This document shows positions 32,923 to 44,492 of a DNA stretch of 64,000 nucleotides, piece after piece. Under the pieces are notes generated by a model that worked only from the letters and a program-made list of their open reading frames with translations, was not told the origin of the DNA and searched no databases. Position 1 is the first letter of the stretch, and the number at the start of each line of letters is the position of its first letter. This stretch comes from an uncultured Nitrososphaeraceae archaeon (GTDB taxonomy: Archaea > Thermoproteota > Nitrososphaeria > Nitrososphaerales > Nitrososphaeraceae): positions 1-64,000 of the forward strand of contig CAWIMJ010000013.1 in assembly GCA_963837175.1 (NCBI GenBank), read 5' to 3'. The position numbers were made by a program, and so were the translations under genes.

Positions 32923-35652
32923 ATGGCAGGAGTAACCGAGTTTAATGACTCGAAAGAGAACTTAATCATGAATATTAAAAAAAGAGACGGCAGAGTTGTT
33001 AGTTTTACGCATTCTAAGATATCAAATGCAATTTACAAAGCGCTTGTAGTGACTGGTAAGCCAGATTATCCATTAGCAGAAAGGTTGGCAAATAACGTGG
33101 TACAGAAAATGGTTCAGAGTGGTTACGGATTGAGTGGAAAAGTTGCAATCGCAAGTGTTGAAGATGTACAAGATATGGTAGAGTCTATCCTCATCGAACA
33201 AGGATTGTCTGAAACGGCTAAGGCATACATCTTGTATAGGCATGAGAGGCGCAAAGTTAGAGATGAGAAGATGAGAGTTCTAAACAAGAAGGTGCTTGAT
33301 GAAGTTGACAAGGTATTTGATATTAATTCCCTTAGAGTTTTAGCTGCACGTTATTTGTTACGAGATAACAACGGCGAGATTATAGAAGGTCCAAAACAGA
33401 TGTTTGAAAGAGTAGCAATTCTGGTTGCACTTGCGGATATATTGCATGATTCTCAATTGTTCAATTTAGCAGGTGGACATAACCAAAATATCGAAGAAGC
33501 AGAGAAATATTATGCGAAAATGGATGACTTTGATCTAAAATTAAAGATAGGAGATTACTATCTGAACAAATATCACTTTGAATGTCTTATTCGACACTAT
33601 GTGTATCTAGCAAAGATGGGTTGTATGAAAGTTGGCTTTAAGGAACTACTTCGAATGATGGCTGAAAGCAAGTTAAGCGTATACGAAGAGAGAATCAAAG
33701 AATACTATAATTTAATGGTATCAAGAGATTTTCTACCGAATACACCAACATTGATGAATGCAGGTGCAAGGCTTGGTCAATTGTCAGCTTGTTTTGTTCT
33801 TGATATGTCAGACGACATGTATAAGATCATGCAATCATCAACTGATGCAGCCATGATTTTCAAATCAGGTGGAGGTGTTGGAATAAATTATTCTGACCTA
33901 AGACCAGAAGGAGATATCGTTGCCTCTACATCTGGCGTTGCATCAGGCCCAACCTCTTTTATGAGAATCATTGATACTATAACCGATGTAGTAAAACAAG
34001 GCGGAAAGAGGCGTGGCGCAAATATGGGTATATTAGAGGCATGGCATCCAGATATTGAAAAGTTTGTGACGGCCAAGACAAAACCTGGCGTATTCGAGAA
34101 CTTTAATGTCAGTGTTGGGGTCTGGGAAGATTTTTGGAAGTCTCTTGTAAATAAGGATAACCACAAGTATACATTACGTAATCCGAGAACTCATGAGCCT
34201 ATAAAGCAGATCGATTCCTATCAATTAATGGATCTGATAGCATTTAGCGCATGGAAAAGTGCGGAACCAGGTGTTATCTTCTTTGATAATATTAACAAAT
34301 ACAATCCATGTATAAATGCAAAGGGCGGACCTTTGCGTGCAACAAACCCCTGCGGTGAACAATCGTTATATCCTTATGAATCATGTAATCTAGGTTCGAT
34401 AAATCTTGCAAATTTTGTAAAGCGCAAGGCAGATGGAATGTTTGAATTTGATTGGCAGAAATATGAGCAGGCAATAAGGGTGTCATCCAGATTCTTAGAT
34501 AATATTATAGATATGAATAAGTATCCAGTGGAAGAAATTGATATCAATACAAAACTGACAAGAAGAATAGGCCTTGGTATAATGGGTATCGCTGACTTGC
34601 TATTCCTACTTAGAATTCCATATGATTCAAATGATGGCTATGAATTCATGTACAAACTGGCAGAAGCAGTATCATACTATAGTATGGAAGAAAGTGTTGC
34701 TATTGCAAAGGTAAGAGGACCATTTCCCTTATTCAAAGAGACAGATTATGTAAAGGGTAAGATACCTATCTCAGGTTATTATGAGTTACCAACAGAAACA
34801 CATGCATACAATTGGGATTCCTTAATCAAAAAAATTCAAAAACATGGAATACGAAACTCTTGGACATCTACTATTGCTCCCACCGGTACATTATCTATGA
34901 TTGCAGATACTTCAAATGGTGTTGAACCGATGTTTGCGTTAGTTTTCGAGAAACGCGTGACAGTTGGTAGGTTCTTCTATACTAATAGGATTTTTGAAAA
35001 TGTGTTGAAGGAAAACGGCCTTTACACTGATGAAATACTTGCAAAAGTTGCGAATAATTATGGTTCAGTTCGTGGTTTGTCTGAAATTCCAGAATGGATT
35101 CAGAAAACGTTTGTTACTGCAATAGATATACACTGGACTGATCATATAATGGCGCAGGCCGTATGGCAGAAATGGATTGGGAATGCCATTGCAAAAACAA
35201 TCAATATGCCAGGAGACGTCACTGCAGAAGATGTAAAGTATGCATATCTACTGTCACATGAACTTGGATTAAAAGGAGTTACAGTATACAGAGATGGCTC
35301 ACGACATGAACAAGTTCTCCATATCACTGGTAATGAAACAAAGGAAAAGAAATTCATTACAAGGCCAAGCAAATATGCCGTAGACTATATTCGTGCAAAC
35401 GTTAAAGAATTATATGTCAGAGAACAAATAGAAAAAATCTTTGAACAAACCAAGATCGAAAATGAAGAAGAAATACCAACAGAAACAATTTCAACATCCA
35501 TACTACTGGATACGCCTACCAAGACAACACACACACCCTTGCTGGAATCAAATGAGGATAATACCTGTCCATCATGCAAAGCGAGATTAATAATCACTGA
35601 AGGTTGCAATTTGTGTATAGAATGCGGCTTTAGTAGCTGCATTTCAGGCTGA
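32923..35652 (+). CDS. nrdJ: Class II (adenosylcobalamin-dependent) ribonucleotide reductase with an N-terminal ATP cone
   Basis: IKKRDGR cone, PNTPTLMNAG, SACFV, TNPCGEQ, CNLGSINL, IAPTGT, YRDGSR, C-terminal CPSC/CIECG. Confidence 0.95.
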   Translation: MAGVTEFNDSKENLIMNIKKRDGRVVSFTHSKISNAIYKALVVTGKPDYPLAERLANNVVQKMVQSGYGLSGKVAIASVEDVQDMVESILIEQGLSETAKAYILYRHERRKVRDEKMRVLNKKVLDEVDKVFDINSLRVLAARYLLRDNNGEIIEGPKQMFERVAILVALADILHDSQLFNLAGGHNQNIEEAEKYYAKMDDFDLKLKIGDYYLNKYHFECLIRHYVYLAKMGCMKVGFKELLRMMAESKLSVYEERIKEYYNLMVSRDFLPNTPTLMNAGARLGQLSACFVLDMSDDMYKIMQSSTDAAMIFKSGGGVGINYSDLRPEGDIVASTSGVASGPTSFMRIIDTITDVVKQGGKRRGANMGILEAWHPDIEKFVTAKTKPGVFENFNVSVGVWEDFWKSLVNKDNHKYTLRNPRTHEPIKQIDSYQLMDLIAFSAWKSAEPGVIFFDNINKYNPCINAKGGPLRATNPCGEQSLYPYESCNLGSINLANFVKRKADGMFEFDWQKYEQAIRVSSRFLDNIIDMNKYPVEEIDINTKLTRRIGLGIMGIADLLFLLRIPYDSNDGYEFMYKLAEAVSYYSMEESVAIAKVRGPFPLFKETDYVKGKIPISGYYELPTETHAYNWDSLIKKIQKHGIRNSWTSTIAPTGTLSMIADTSNGVEPMFALVFEKRVTVGRFFYTNRIFENVLKENGLYTDEILAKVANNYGSVRGLSEIPEWIQKTFVTAIDIHWTDHIMAQAVWQKWIGNAIAKTINMPGDVTAEDVKYAYLLSHELGLKGVTVYRDGSRHEQVLHITGNETKEKKFITRPSKYAVDYIRANVKELYVREQIEKIFEQTKIENEEEIPTETISTSILLDTPTKTTHTPLLESNEDNTCPSCKARLIITEGCNLCIECGFSSCISG

Positions 35653-36119
35653 CAAACAAAAACCTTAATCTTTATTGTTTATACTTATCATGTGATATCC
35701 ATCAGTGATGATGTTCTATCCATGTTCTAACATCGCCAAAAAAACTTAAAGACTATGAATAAAAATTGGTGAAGGGATAAAAATTGTTTAAAGCATTGAT
35801 AGAAGATTGTGTATGATCATCAGAAGAAGATAAATTGACTAAAGTTTCTAGAAAAATAAAATATGGAAATATTTTTTTAATTCTCCAACAACTTTGACTA
35901 TTTTTTTATCAATATAAACTGATATACTGGATTTAAGATCAATATGATGTTATCTATAAAAAAATTTAATGTACCAAGTAGTATAATATTGTATGAAAAG
36001 AAAAATTAAAAAGTCTAGTATTTGAAGAATTGTTGTTGTTGATTTGTCGTTGATGTTACAGAAAACAATCCCAATGCAGGCTTTACCATATCCATGTTTT
36101 CTTTTGCTGTGCCAACTAA

Positions 36120-36398
36120 ATGCTTAACATATATTACAAGTATATAATAGTATATATATTTAATACAATAATGAATCGTCTATCAAAAGACAAAGATACT
36201 AGCAAGAAAAATCAGCAGGAGCGGTCGGCAGACAACACGCAAGGCGAACGAATAGAAGATATGACAATAGATGAACTTCCTGATCATAAGTCTAAAGTTA
36301 TAGTTTCAAAAATTAGCAAATTTGCCCATGGGTTTAAAATTCCAGATGATAAAAAGCCAAAAATAAAAAGTAAATCAAAAGTTCATAAGAAAAATTAG
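36120..36398 (+). CDS. Hypothetical basic protein (true start probably at the internal Met, about 36171)
   Basis: ORF track; charged composition. Confidence 0.45.
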   Translation: MLNIYYKYIIVYIFNTIMNRLSKDKDTSKKNQQERSADNTQGERIEDMTIDELPDHKSKVIVSKISKFAHGFKIPDDKKPKIKSKSKVHKKN

Positions 36399-36771
36399 TA
36401 CTTGTAATGTTTTTGGGGTCAATTTTAAGATATTAAAATAGTATTGTAGGACAATAATAGATCTTTAATGCTTTATGCAATTATAACCAAAATGATACCG
36501 TTGTGAATCTGGATCATTGTCATTTAGAGCTCATTATAATACATACTTGTACAAAAAAACAATTAATTCAATATCTGCAATTCATATATCGCATCTAATG
36601 CTCGACTTTACGAATGAGAAAGTGGATGTGACTTTATATTTCTAATGATGATGGTTCAGATGGCAGTTGCCTTCGTTATGTCAGTTATAAAGACAATTAC
36701 TTTTTAGATTATTAAATGTTATAAAGAAATTATAAATAAATAATTCTTAAACTGATGCTTAAAATATCTGA

Positions 36772-38154
36772 TTGGGTATTGAAATTTATATGCAGTCATT
36801 AGCACACCAAAACAGCAGCTCTTATTATGTTTCTTCCATGAAAAGTATACTGGAGGATAATTCACTTACGTTCGCTGAGAAGGCAATTAGCATAAAGAGC
36901 TTAACAGTAAAAAGTAAGCAGAGCCAAGTGTCCAAACCATCTGTGGCTGGCGATATTGCAATTATAGATGTAGATCTTGCTATGGCGCAAGACAGTACGG
37001 GTCCTTTGGCAATACGTTCATTAAATGAAATGCGAGTGGATAAACTCTTTAATCCTTCAAGGGTTTTGTTAGTAATAGATCATACATTTCCTGCAGCAGA
37101 TGAAAAGGTTGCAAATCTACATGCTATGATGAGAAGTTTTGCTTCGAAGCATAGCTGTATGTTGGTTGAAGGTTCTATATCGCATCAGCATATTCTTGAA
37201 TATCTTGCTGCTCCGGGTATGATGATACTCGGTGCAGATTCTCACACATGTCAAGCCGGATGTATCTCGGCATTTGCAACTGGAATTGGAAGTACTGAAC
37301 TAGCAGCTGTGTGGGCTACAGGCCAAATGTGGTTACGCGTACCTGAAACAATAAAAATTAAACTATCGGGCAATTTTAGAAAAGGGGTTTTTGCCAGAGA
37401 TCTAATACTCGATTATATTGGAAAGGTTGGTGAAGATGGAGCTAATTACAAGGCTTTGGAGTGGACATATGCAAATGACAATACTAGAAAGGAGTTTAGT
37501 ATTGACTCAAGAGCATGCATAAGCAATGCTGCAATGGAATGCGGTGCCAAGATTTCCGTATTCCCTACCGATGAGCTAACTAGAACTTATTTAAATCAAA
37601 ACCCAAGAATTATTAAAGACGTGCCAGAAATTGATATTCATCCTGGCAGCTCTGCTAAGTATGTAGATGAGATAGAGATAGAATGCGATAAGATAGAACC
37701 AATGGTGGCTGGTCCAGACCATCCAGATATAGTACATTCAGTTGAAGAAATAGGCGGAATAGAAATCAATCAGGCTTTCATAGGTTCTTCTACAAATGGA
37801 AGAATAGAAGATCTTGAAATAGCAGCCCGTATTCTTAAGAATAAAAAGGTGCACAAAAATACGAGATGTGTAGTTACTCCTGCATCGGTCAAAGTATATG
37901 AAGAGGCCATTAAACGTGGGTATGTAGAGACTTATCTTGAATCAGGAGCAGTATTTACCAATTCTACATGTGGAGCATGTGTGGGTACTCATCTTGGTGC
38001 GTTAGGAGAAAATGAAATATGCATATCATCATCTTCAAGGAATTTTGTCGGAAGAATGGGAGCTCTATCATCAAAAGTATATCTATCATCTCCTGCTACT
38101 GTTGCCGCATCTGCAATTGAAGGAAAAATAATTGATCCAAGGAGGTTTCTCTGA
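36772..38154 (+). CDS. LeuC/HacA-type aconitase-family large subunit with an atypical GSSTNGR motif
   Basis: DH, GADSHT, GSSTNGRIEDL, TCGAC, RNFVGRMG, SPATVAASA. Confidence 0.9.
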   Translation: MGIEIYMQSLAHQNSSSYYVSSMKSILEDNSLTFAEKAISIKSLTVKSKQSQVSKPSVAGDIAIIDVDLAMAQDSTGPLAIRSLNEMRVDKLFNPSRVLLVIDHTFPAADEKVANLHAMMRSFASKHSCMLVEGSISHQHILEYLAAPGMMILGADSHTCQAGCISAFATGIGSTELAAVWATGQMWLRVPETIKIKLSGNFRKGVFARDLILDYIGKVGEDGANYKALEWTYANDNTRKEFSIDSRACISNAAMECGAKISVFPTDELTRTYLNQNPRIIKDVPEIDIHPGSSAKYVDEIEIECDKIEPMVAGPDHPDIVHSVEEIGGIEINQAFIGSSTNGRIEDLEIAARILKNKKVHKNTRCVVTPASVKVYEEAIKRGYVETYLESGAVFTNSTCGACVGTHLGALGENEICISSSSRNFVGRMGALSSKVYLSSPATVAASAIEGKIIDPRRFL

Positions 38155-38155
38155 C

Positions 38156-38764
38156 ATGAATAATAAATCAACTCCGGCGGAACCTTCGTCGTCACACTCT
38201 TCGCCATTAATACCATCTCCACCACCAGGAACAGTGCCTTCACCAGTCGCTACTACTGCCATTTTGCATGGAAAAGCTTGGGTTTTTGGAGATGACATTA
38301 ATACGGACATAATTATACCGTTCAGATTCAAAAGCAGGACCAACGATCCCTATGAGATGGCAAAATATGCTATGTATGGGATTGATCCAGATTTTCCAAC
38401 AAAGATATCCAAGGGTGACTTTATAGTTGGAGGAAAAAATTTTGGAGGCGGCTCCAGTAGAGAACAGGCTCCAGTAGCATTAAAGTATGCAGGAATATCT
38501 ATTGTTATAGCAGAAAGTTTTGCTCGCATATTCTATAGAAACGCATTTACCATAGGACTCCCAGCTCTAGAAATTTCAGAAATAAAAGGCAATGTAGTTC
38601 AGGGAGACGATCTTAAGGTGGACATTGGAAACTTTACTGTAGAAAATATACGAACAAAAGGAATATTTCATGCAAAGAAGGTTCCAGAATTTATGCAACA
38701 GATGTTGTTAGAAGGCGGATTAGTTGAATATTATAAGAGAAACAAACGATTTCCATGGATGTGA
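38156..38764 (+). CDS. LeuD/HacB-type small subunit
   Basis: [32 protein letters not shown]; ATG at 38156, just after the large-subunit stop. Confidence 0.9.
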   Translation: MNNKSTPAEPSSSHSSPLIPSPPPGTVPSPVATTAILHGKAWVFGDDINTDIIIPFRFKSRTNDPYEMAKYAMYGIDPDFPTKISKGDFIVGGKNFGGGSSREQAPVALKYAGISIVIAESFARIFYRNAFTIGLPALEISEIKGNVVQGDDLKVDIGNFTVENIRTKGIFHAKKVPEFMQQMLLEGGLVEYYKRNKRFPWM

Positions 38765-38964
38765 TTCAAGTATAGATTTATGTCAGAGACATTTTTATTC
38801 ATGATGTCTCTTTGTAGCATGTTGTAATGTATAGAAAAATAAAGAAAGAGAGAGATAAAATATAGTGTATACTTTAACATAAATTCGAGCACGATATGAA
38901 TAATAATAATGATGTTTCTGACCGATAAAATTTAATTTCCGAGTGGACAACTCAGTTTGTTAAT

Positions 38965-39816
38965 ATGACATCTATAGTAGAAAAAAACTGGATAGGCCTA
39001 CGCCGCAGCGGATTGAGAATAGTGCTCCTTGGCGTATCCTCTCTGATTGTGGCCTTTATAATCTATGGCCGGTTGACAACTCCTTCAGGTGAGCAACCAG
39101 TTATGATTACACCTTATCTTATGAATCTTGCAAATGCTATTTTTACAATTATTTTTGTATCAATGTTATTTGTGGGCTATGGAATATACAGAATTTTCAA
39201 AGCTGAGCAACGGCTAACAGCTAATACTAATAGTTTAGTATTCTATATTACAACCGCATTTTTGGACAATAAATATTGGAAAATGATGGCAATATTTGCA
39301 ATTGTATATGGCATTTTTTTTGGATTTCTGTCCCAAATATTCATTTATAGGTATGACGTTTCATTTTCTGAACAAGGAATTATTATTCCATCTGCTAATG
39401 TGATTCCATGTTGCAATCTGCCAGGTTATGTTCCTATGCTGACTGTATTTCCTACAGATCACTTTCTAATCATGATTATACCGATCAATATTATTCTAGC
39501 AGTAGTTGTATCAGTTATGGTCGGATTCAATATTTCTTTAGCACTCTATGCATTCAATTTAGAGAAAGCACAGAATACTAAAAAGATGTCTTTTGTTGGA
39601 AGTGTAGGAGCAATCGCTGGGTTATTTGTTGGCTGTCCAACCTGTGCAGGCAGTTTGTTTTCTGTGCTCTTAGGTTATGGTGTGGGAACAACAATGGCAG
39701 TTCTTGCTCCATTACAAACCCTTTTCATTTTAATAAGTATACCATCTTTAATACTTGCTCCATTTCTTATGGGTCGCGGAATTCGAAGCAGATGTAGTTG
39801 CAAGTTAGCCCACTAA
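38965..39816 (+). CDS. Polytopic membrane protein with CC and GCPTC motifs
   Basis: About six hydrophobic segments; PCC, GCPTCAG and C-terminal CSC. Confidence 0.75.
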   Translation: MTSIVEKNWIGLRRSGLRIVLLGVSSLIVAFIIYGRLTTPSGEQPVMITPYLMNLANAIFTIIFVSMLFVGYGIYRIFKAEQRLTANTNSLVFYITTAFLDNKYWKMMAIFAIVYGIFFGFLSQIFIYRYDVSFSEQGIIIPSANVIPCCNLPGYVPMLTVFPTDHFLIMIIPINIILAVVVSVMVGFNISLALYAFNLEKAQNTKKMSFVGSVGAIAGLFVGCPTCAGSLFSVLLGYGVGTTMAVLAPLQTLFILISIPSLILAPFLMGRGIRSRCSCKLAH

Positions 39817-41514
39817 TGCCCTCTCTTGTCTTTCCTTGGATTTGCTACTAAATTTTGTTCTATTGTTGGTAGTGTTTTTGAAATACTATCTAGATACATT
39901 TGCACATGTGGTTCTGCGATCCACATTTTTTCATTTTCAAATAGATAGCCATATCTCTGTGAGCTACCTATTTTTTCGCGTGATAGAAGCGCATCAAGAT
40001 ATTGTTTAGAAATAGTGGATTCATCAAATCCATGTTTTGTTGCTATTGCATCGAATACATCATGCATACCTGAGCCATGTTGTGCTGCCTTCCTTTATAC
40101 GATATGCGATATTCCTTGGAATACCAAGTTTCTGGGCAAGTTTTCTGTGTACATGTTTTCCAAAGTCATCGTTTGCACCTTTTACATTCAGTTTCATATC
40201 GATATGCATCGAAAGTGCAATTACTTTTAAGTCAAGAAATGGCTCACGCATCTCTATGCTGTGTGCCATAGTGATTTTATCTTCTCTCTCCAAAGTTTCT
40301 CTGTAAAGTAAAAGCATATCTTCGGTCATGTGGTCACGTAATTTCTCATATCCTTCCTTTTCAACTACCTTTGTATACCAAGAATACCCTCCGAAAAGTT
40401 CGTCTGCTCGCCTGCCCTGAAAACATTACATTAATTCCATCCTCATGTGCAAGCTTTACTGCAGCATATACGGGAACTGCAACCTCTACCTGTCCAGCAT
40501 TTGTATCTTCTATTGTATTAATAACCTCTGGAATCATCTGTTCTACTTCATCCTGAGTAAGCTCATTAACTCTTAGTTTAAGATTGAGTCTCTTTGCTAT
40601 CATTCTGGCAAACGCAATATCGCTAGAACCCTGAATTCCACCAGTATAACAAATAACTTCTCGTACCATTTTCTTTGCAAGCCAAGCAATAATTACACTG
40701 TCAATACCCCCTGAAAATATTATTCCGACTCTATCAAAATCCTGTGTGCGCTTTTTCATGGATGCAAGTAATGCTTTTTCATATGCATTAACAGCCGAAT
40801 CCATTGTTTTGTAGATTATTTTCTTTGAATGTATTGGCGGGTGAGCTACTTTGAATTTTTGTATTGAACCATCCGATGTGATAATTGTTGCATGTCCAGG
40901 TAATACCCTATTTGTAGGTTCTTTTATTCCAGCTTTCCATAATGCTTTACGTTCAGATGCAAATGCGATAAAACGATCATTTTCGCCATAGTAAATTTGT
41001 CTTACACCGATTTTATCTCTGACCAATGCTATATTTTCTGTCTCTTCATCCTTGATAACTAAAGCATAAACACCATCGAGTTCAGCAACAGTCTTTCTTA
41101 TTGCATATAATAAATCATTGTTTTTGTTAAAATGATCCTCTAACAAATGGACAATAACTTCACTGTCTGTCTGTGTAACAAATTGATGATGACGTTTTAT
41201 TAGCCTTCGCCTAATTTTCTTATAGTTGTAAATTTCTCCATTGTGCTCTAGAGTAAACTTTCTATTGCAGCTATGGAAGGGTTGCTGTCCATGAGTACCA
41301 CCAACGATCGCCAGCCTCACATGACCCAAAGCATTATTACTAGAAAGTTCATGATATTCTAAATTTGCAAGAGAATCTGATTGTATAATAGAGTCAGCGA
41401 GCTGCTATTCCTGCCCCGTCAGGACCACGATTTGTCATGCAAGAAAGCATTTTTCCAACTACCGGTACATACATTTTCTCCTTTTTTACTTAATATCCCT
41501 GCTATTCCACACAT
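39813..41514 (-). CDS. asnB: Asparagine synthetase (glutamine-hydrolysing), several frameshifts
   Basis: Manual start MCGIAGI at 41514, RGPDG, HNGEIYN, TDSEV, SGGIDS and EMREPFLD spread over several frames. Confidence 0.88.
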
Positions 41515-41801
41515 ATATCATATTTCTCCAAATTTTAGAATCAATCAATTTTCTATCCTATGGATAGATAAATCACTTGATTTCAACTATAATATAGTTA
41601 TGTACAATGGCTTAAAAGTGTTACATTGATATATATTATTCTCATTTTCTTTGTCACTTCATATATAGGATGATGATAACAATAATAATGTATAGGTCGG
41701 GTAGCTTTTTGTATCACTTTATCCAAGATTAATTATAATAAACTGTGTACTTTGTATTTAGGAAACATTATAAGTTTTATGTATCTAAAGTAACGCAATA
41801 G

Positions 41802-42731
41802 ATGCAAAATCTGATTTCGTGGTTCCTAAAAAACTCAGAAGGAATAACTATATTCGATAAATGCATACTGTTTGTATTAAAAATTATTTATTTAGGTTTA
41901 AGGATTGTACTTAGATTAGTTTTAGGTAAGAAAAGAAGAGATAGGCTATATGTTGGACGAGGACTTGACTTTGGAGTTTTTTGGTATAAATCTTTCAAAT
42001 TTTTGAGGCCTGGCAACTCCTCTTTGTTAAAATTCAGAGTACCAAAATACAATTATGAATTCTATTGTAGAGTTAATAAAGATGATTTCAAAATTATGAC
42101 AATTCATGAAGATGAAATAATAGAACATTTTACTCCTAAGCAAGGAGATATAGTTGTAGATATTGGTGCACATATAGGTCTTTATACAATAATAAGCTCA
42201 AAACGAGTTGGTACAAATGGAAAAGTAATTGCTATTGAGGCAGATCCCGGCAATTTTGAAATGTTAAATCGTAATATCAAACTAAATCAGTTAACTAATG
42301 TTATAGCTTTGAATTATGCAGCATATTCTAAAGAAACAAAAATAAAACTGTATTTGCCTAGTGGAGAATCAGGTTTTACTAAATACAATACTATCGTGTC
42401 AGACTGGGCAAATAATGAAGATAAATTTGTAGAAGTAAATGCTAACACATTGGATTATCTATTACAATTAAATCAAATAAGAGAAGAAGAAGTAAATTGG
42501 ATTAAAATTGATGTGGAGGGAGCAGAATTTGAAGTGTTAAAAGGGGCTACTAATGTACTATCCAAAAGTAAAGATATTGCACTTCTTATGGAATTACATG
42601 GACCGCCGAATGTTTATAGACCAAAAGTGCAAGAATTTCTTAATTTATACAATTTCAAAATAGAACTTGAAAAGAGTTATGATGAAAATGGCTCGATGCA
42701 TATAATTGTACAAAAATCTACTGTTTCATAA
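41802..42731 (+). CDS. FkbM-family SAM-dependent methyltransferase
   Basis: VDIGAHIGLY and IKIDVEGAE motifs. Confidence 0.92.
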   Translation: MQNLISWFLKNSEGITIFDKCILFVLKIIYLGLRIVLRLVLGKKRRDRLYVGRGLDFGVFWYKSFKFLRPGNSSLLKFRVPKYNYEFYCRVNKDDFKIMTIHEDEIIEHFTPKQGDIVVDIGAHIGLYTIISSKRVGTNGKVIAIEADPGNFEMLNRNIKLNQLTNVIALNYAAYSKETKIKLYLPSGESGFTKYNTIVSDWANNEDKFVEVNANTLDYLLQLNQIREEEVNWIKIDVEGAEFEVLKGATNVLSKSKDIALLMELHGPPNVYRPKVQEFLNLYNFKIELEKSYDENGSMHIIVQKSTVS

Positions 42732-43414
42732 TATAACAAAAATATATATATATTTTATATATAAACAAAAATGTGTACTAGATTTTACACATATTTCGCA
42801 ATTGTACACACCATTTAAACAAACATATCTATTCAATAGGAACAAACAAAATTATATATTGATAATTTATGTGAGATAACTACATTATGTTATTAATTTG
42901 GTTTGGTTGGTTTACATTTTGAGTTATCTTTACTATTCCTAACTTTGGTATTATTATCAGAATAGGAGTGTGTGAGAATTGTTTTCCAAGAAGACGACCC
43001 TTATCTGACCATTTATATTTAAGATAGAAAATTATTTGAAAATATACTAAATGATTGTTACAAATATGCTGCTGCAATTAATGTGAAAGGCGAACCATTC
43101 CCAGCAGGACCATTACTTATGGCATTACTGTTGCTTTCATAACATAAAATGATTGACTGGTTAACAAAACAAATTTCAAAGTATGAATCATTTGTTAATA
43201 ATAATAATACTAAAGAAGTTAACAAAGCCAAACAACTAGAAGAACAAGACTTAGGTATAGAAAATACGATTCTGGTAACTTTCGTAGTTTAGAGCGAAAT
43301 TGAGCTGTAGTTTCTTAATAACAACGCGCTATACTTATAGGTTAATTAAATATATAATCATCCTCTATGAATATGTCTTAGTCTAGTCTTTGCTACTATG
43401 ATGGGGTAGCATTA

Positions 43415-43606
43415 GTGACAGCGACTGTAGTTGCAGTGGTAAGTATAACACCTTCAGCAAATGCAGATAGTAGTTCTGATCAGACATTAGATAAATTCAA
43501 CAAGAAATGTAAAGCAGCAGAAAAGGGTAGTCAGAAAAAGGCAGATCAAGCAGAAGCCCAAGCTGAACGCCACGGGACTGTTTCTGCCTTCTGTGATATA
43601 TCATAG
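43415..43606 (+). CDS. Small secreted protein, 5' end uncertain
   Basis: Signal-like ANA site, two Cys. Confidence 0.35.
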   Translation: MTATVVAVVSITPSANADSSSDQTLDKFNKKCKAAEKGSQKKADQAEAQAERHGTVSAFCDIS

Positions 43607-43759
43607 AATATAGACTATTAGATGCAAAATGACAATCTATCTATAGATAGATGACCCCATTAGCAAAAATGAATATCTCTCTGACAGAACCTACTTTTCC
43701 TTTCATTTTCTTTTGATTTCCCTGGGTTCAAAGAGAATCTTTATGAGGCTGCTGTTGAT

Positions 43760-43982
43760 TGTAGCAGGCAGCGTGAGTATTTGGGCCAAAACCCATTTCA
43801 GTGTTTCTATCTCTGTCAGTCCACAGGCTATCAGTATAGGACTATTATTAGACTTGTGCATTTTCTTTTCTTCTGTATGATTCTGTTATGGAGTATCTCT
43901 TGTAGTGTTCTTAATGGTAGTGTTGATGGTGATACTGATGATGGTGATTTGTTAGAGTTCAATATGTGCTATCATTTATCAT
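43760..43982 (-). pseudogene. Small-protein family copy C
   Basis: Minus strand reads PLRTLQEILHNRIIQKK...EIETLKWVLAQIL. Confidence 0.45.
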
Positions 43983-44492
43983 GTAAAAATAAGACTTGAT
44001 GCACAAAAGAGACATCGAGTGAGAGAGGAGAAACTATAGATGCTGTAAAGTTAATTTAACTTTAGATCTAGATAATTTTGAACAGAAAATTCTACTACAA
44101 AAGCTATATCTTTTGTAGATAATAAAATATATCATTACATGTTACAACAAAGACAAATTATTAGAGGCTTAGGTAAACAAATAGGTAGAGAAATCTAGCA
44201 TTCGTGAAATATCCTATTAGAAGTTTTCAATCTATAGACTGGATACTCATATTTGTGAACGTTAGCTAGGATGTTAAGTAAAGTAAGCCGAGGATAAGAA
44301 ACGCTGAAAAAAACATAAAGCAAGAGTGCGCCGTTTAAAATCTACAATTCAAAGGTGGTGAAAAGAAGCAATATAGATGCATGTACTCAGAACTTTAGTT
44401 GAAGAGTCATGGACGCAAAACTCAATATGAAAGAAGTTCTATCTACTACAAGCTTTATTATTTAGATACACAACCTTTAAGAGAATGCTATC

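Noticed and set aside
32923-35652. Possible intein or intron in nrdJ
   Set aside because: Catalytic motifs are contiguous, with no intein-like insertion.
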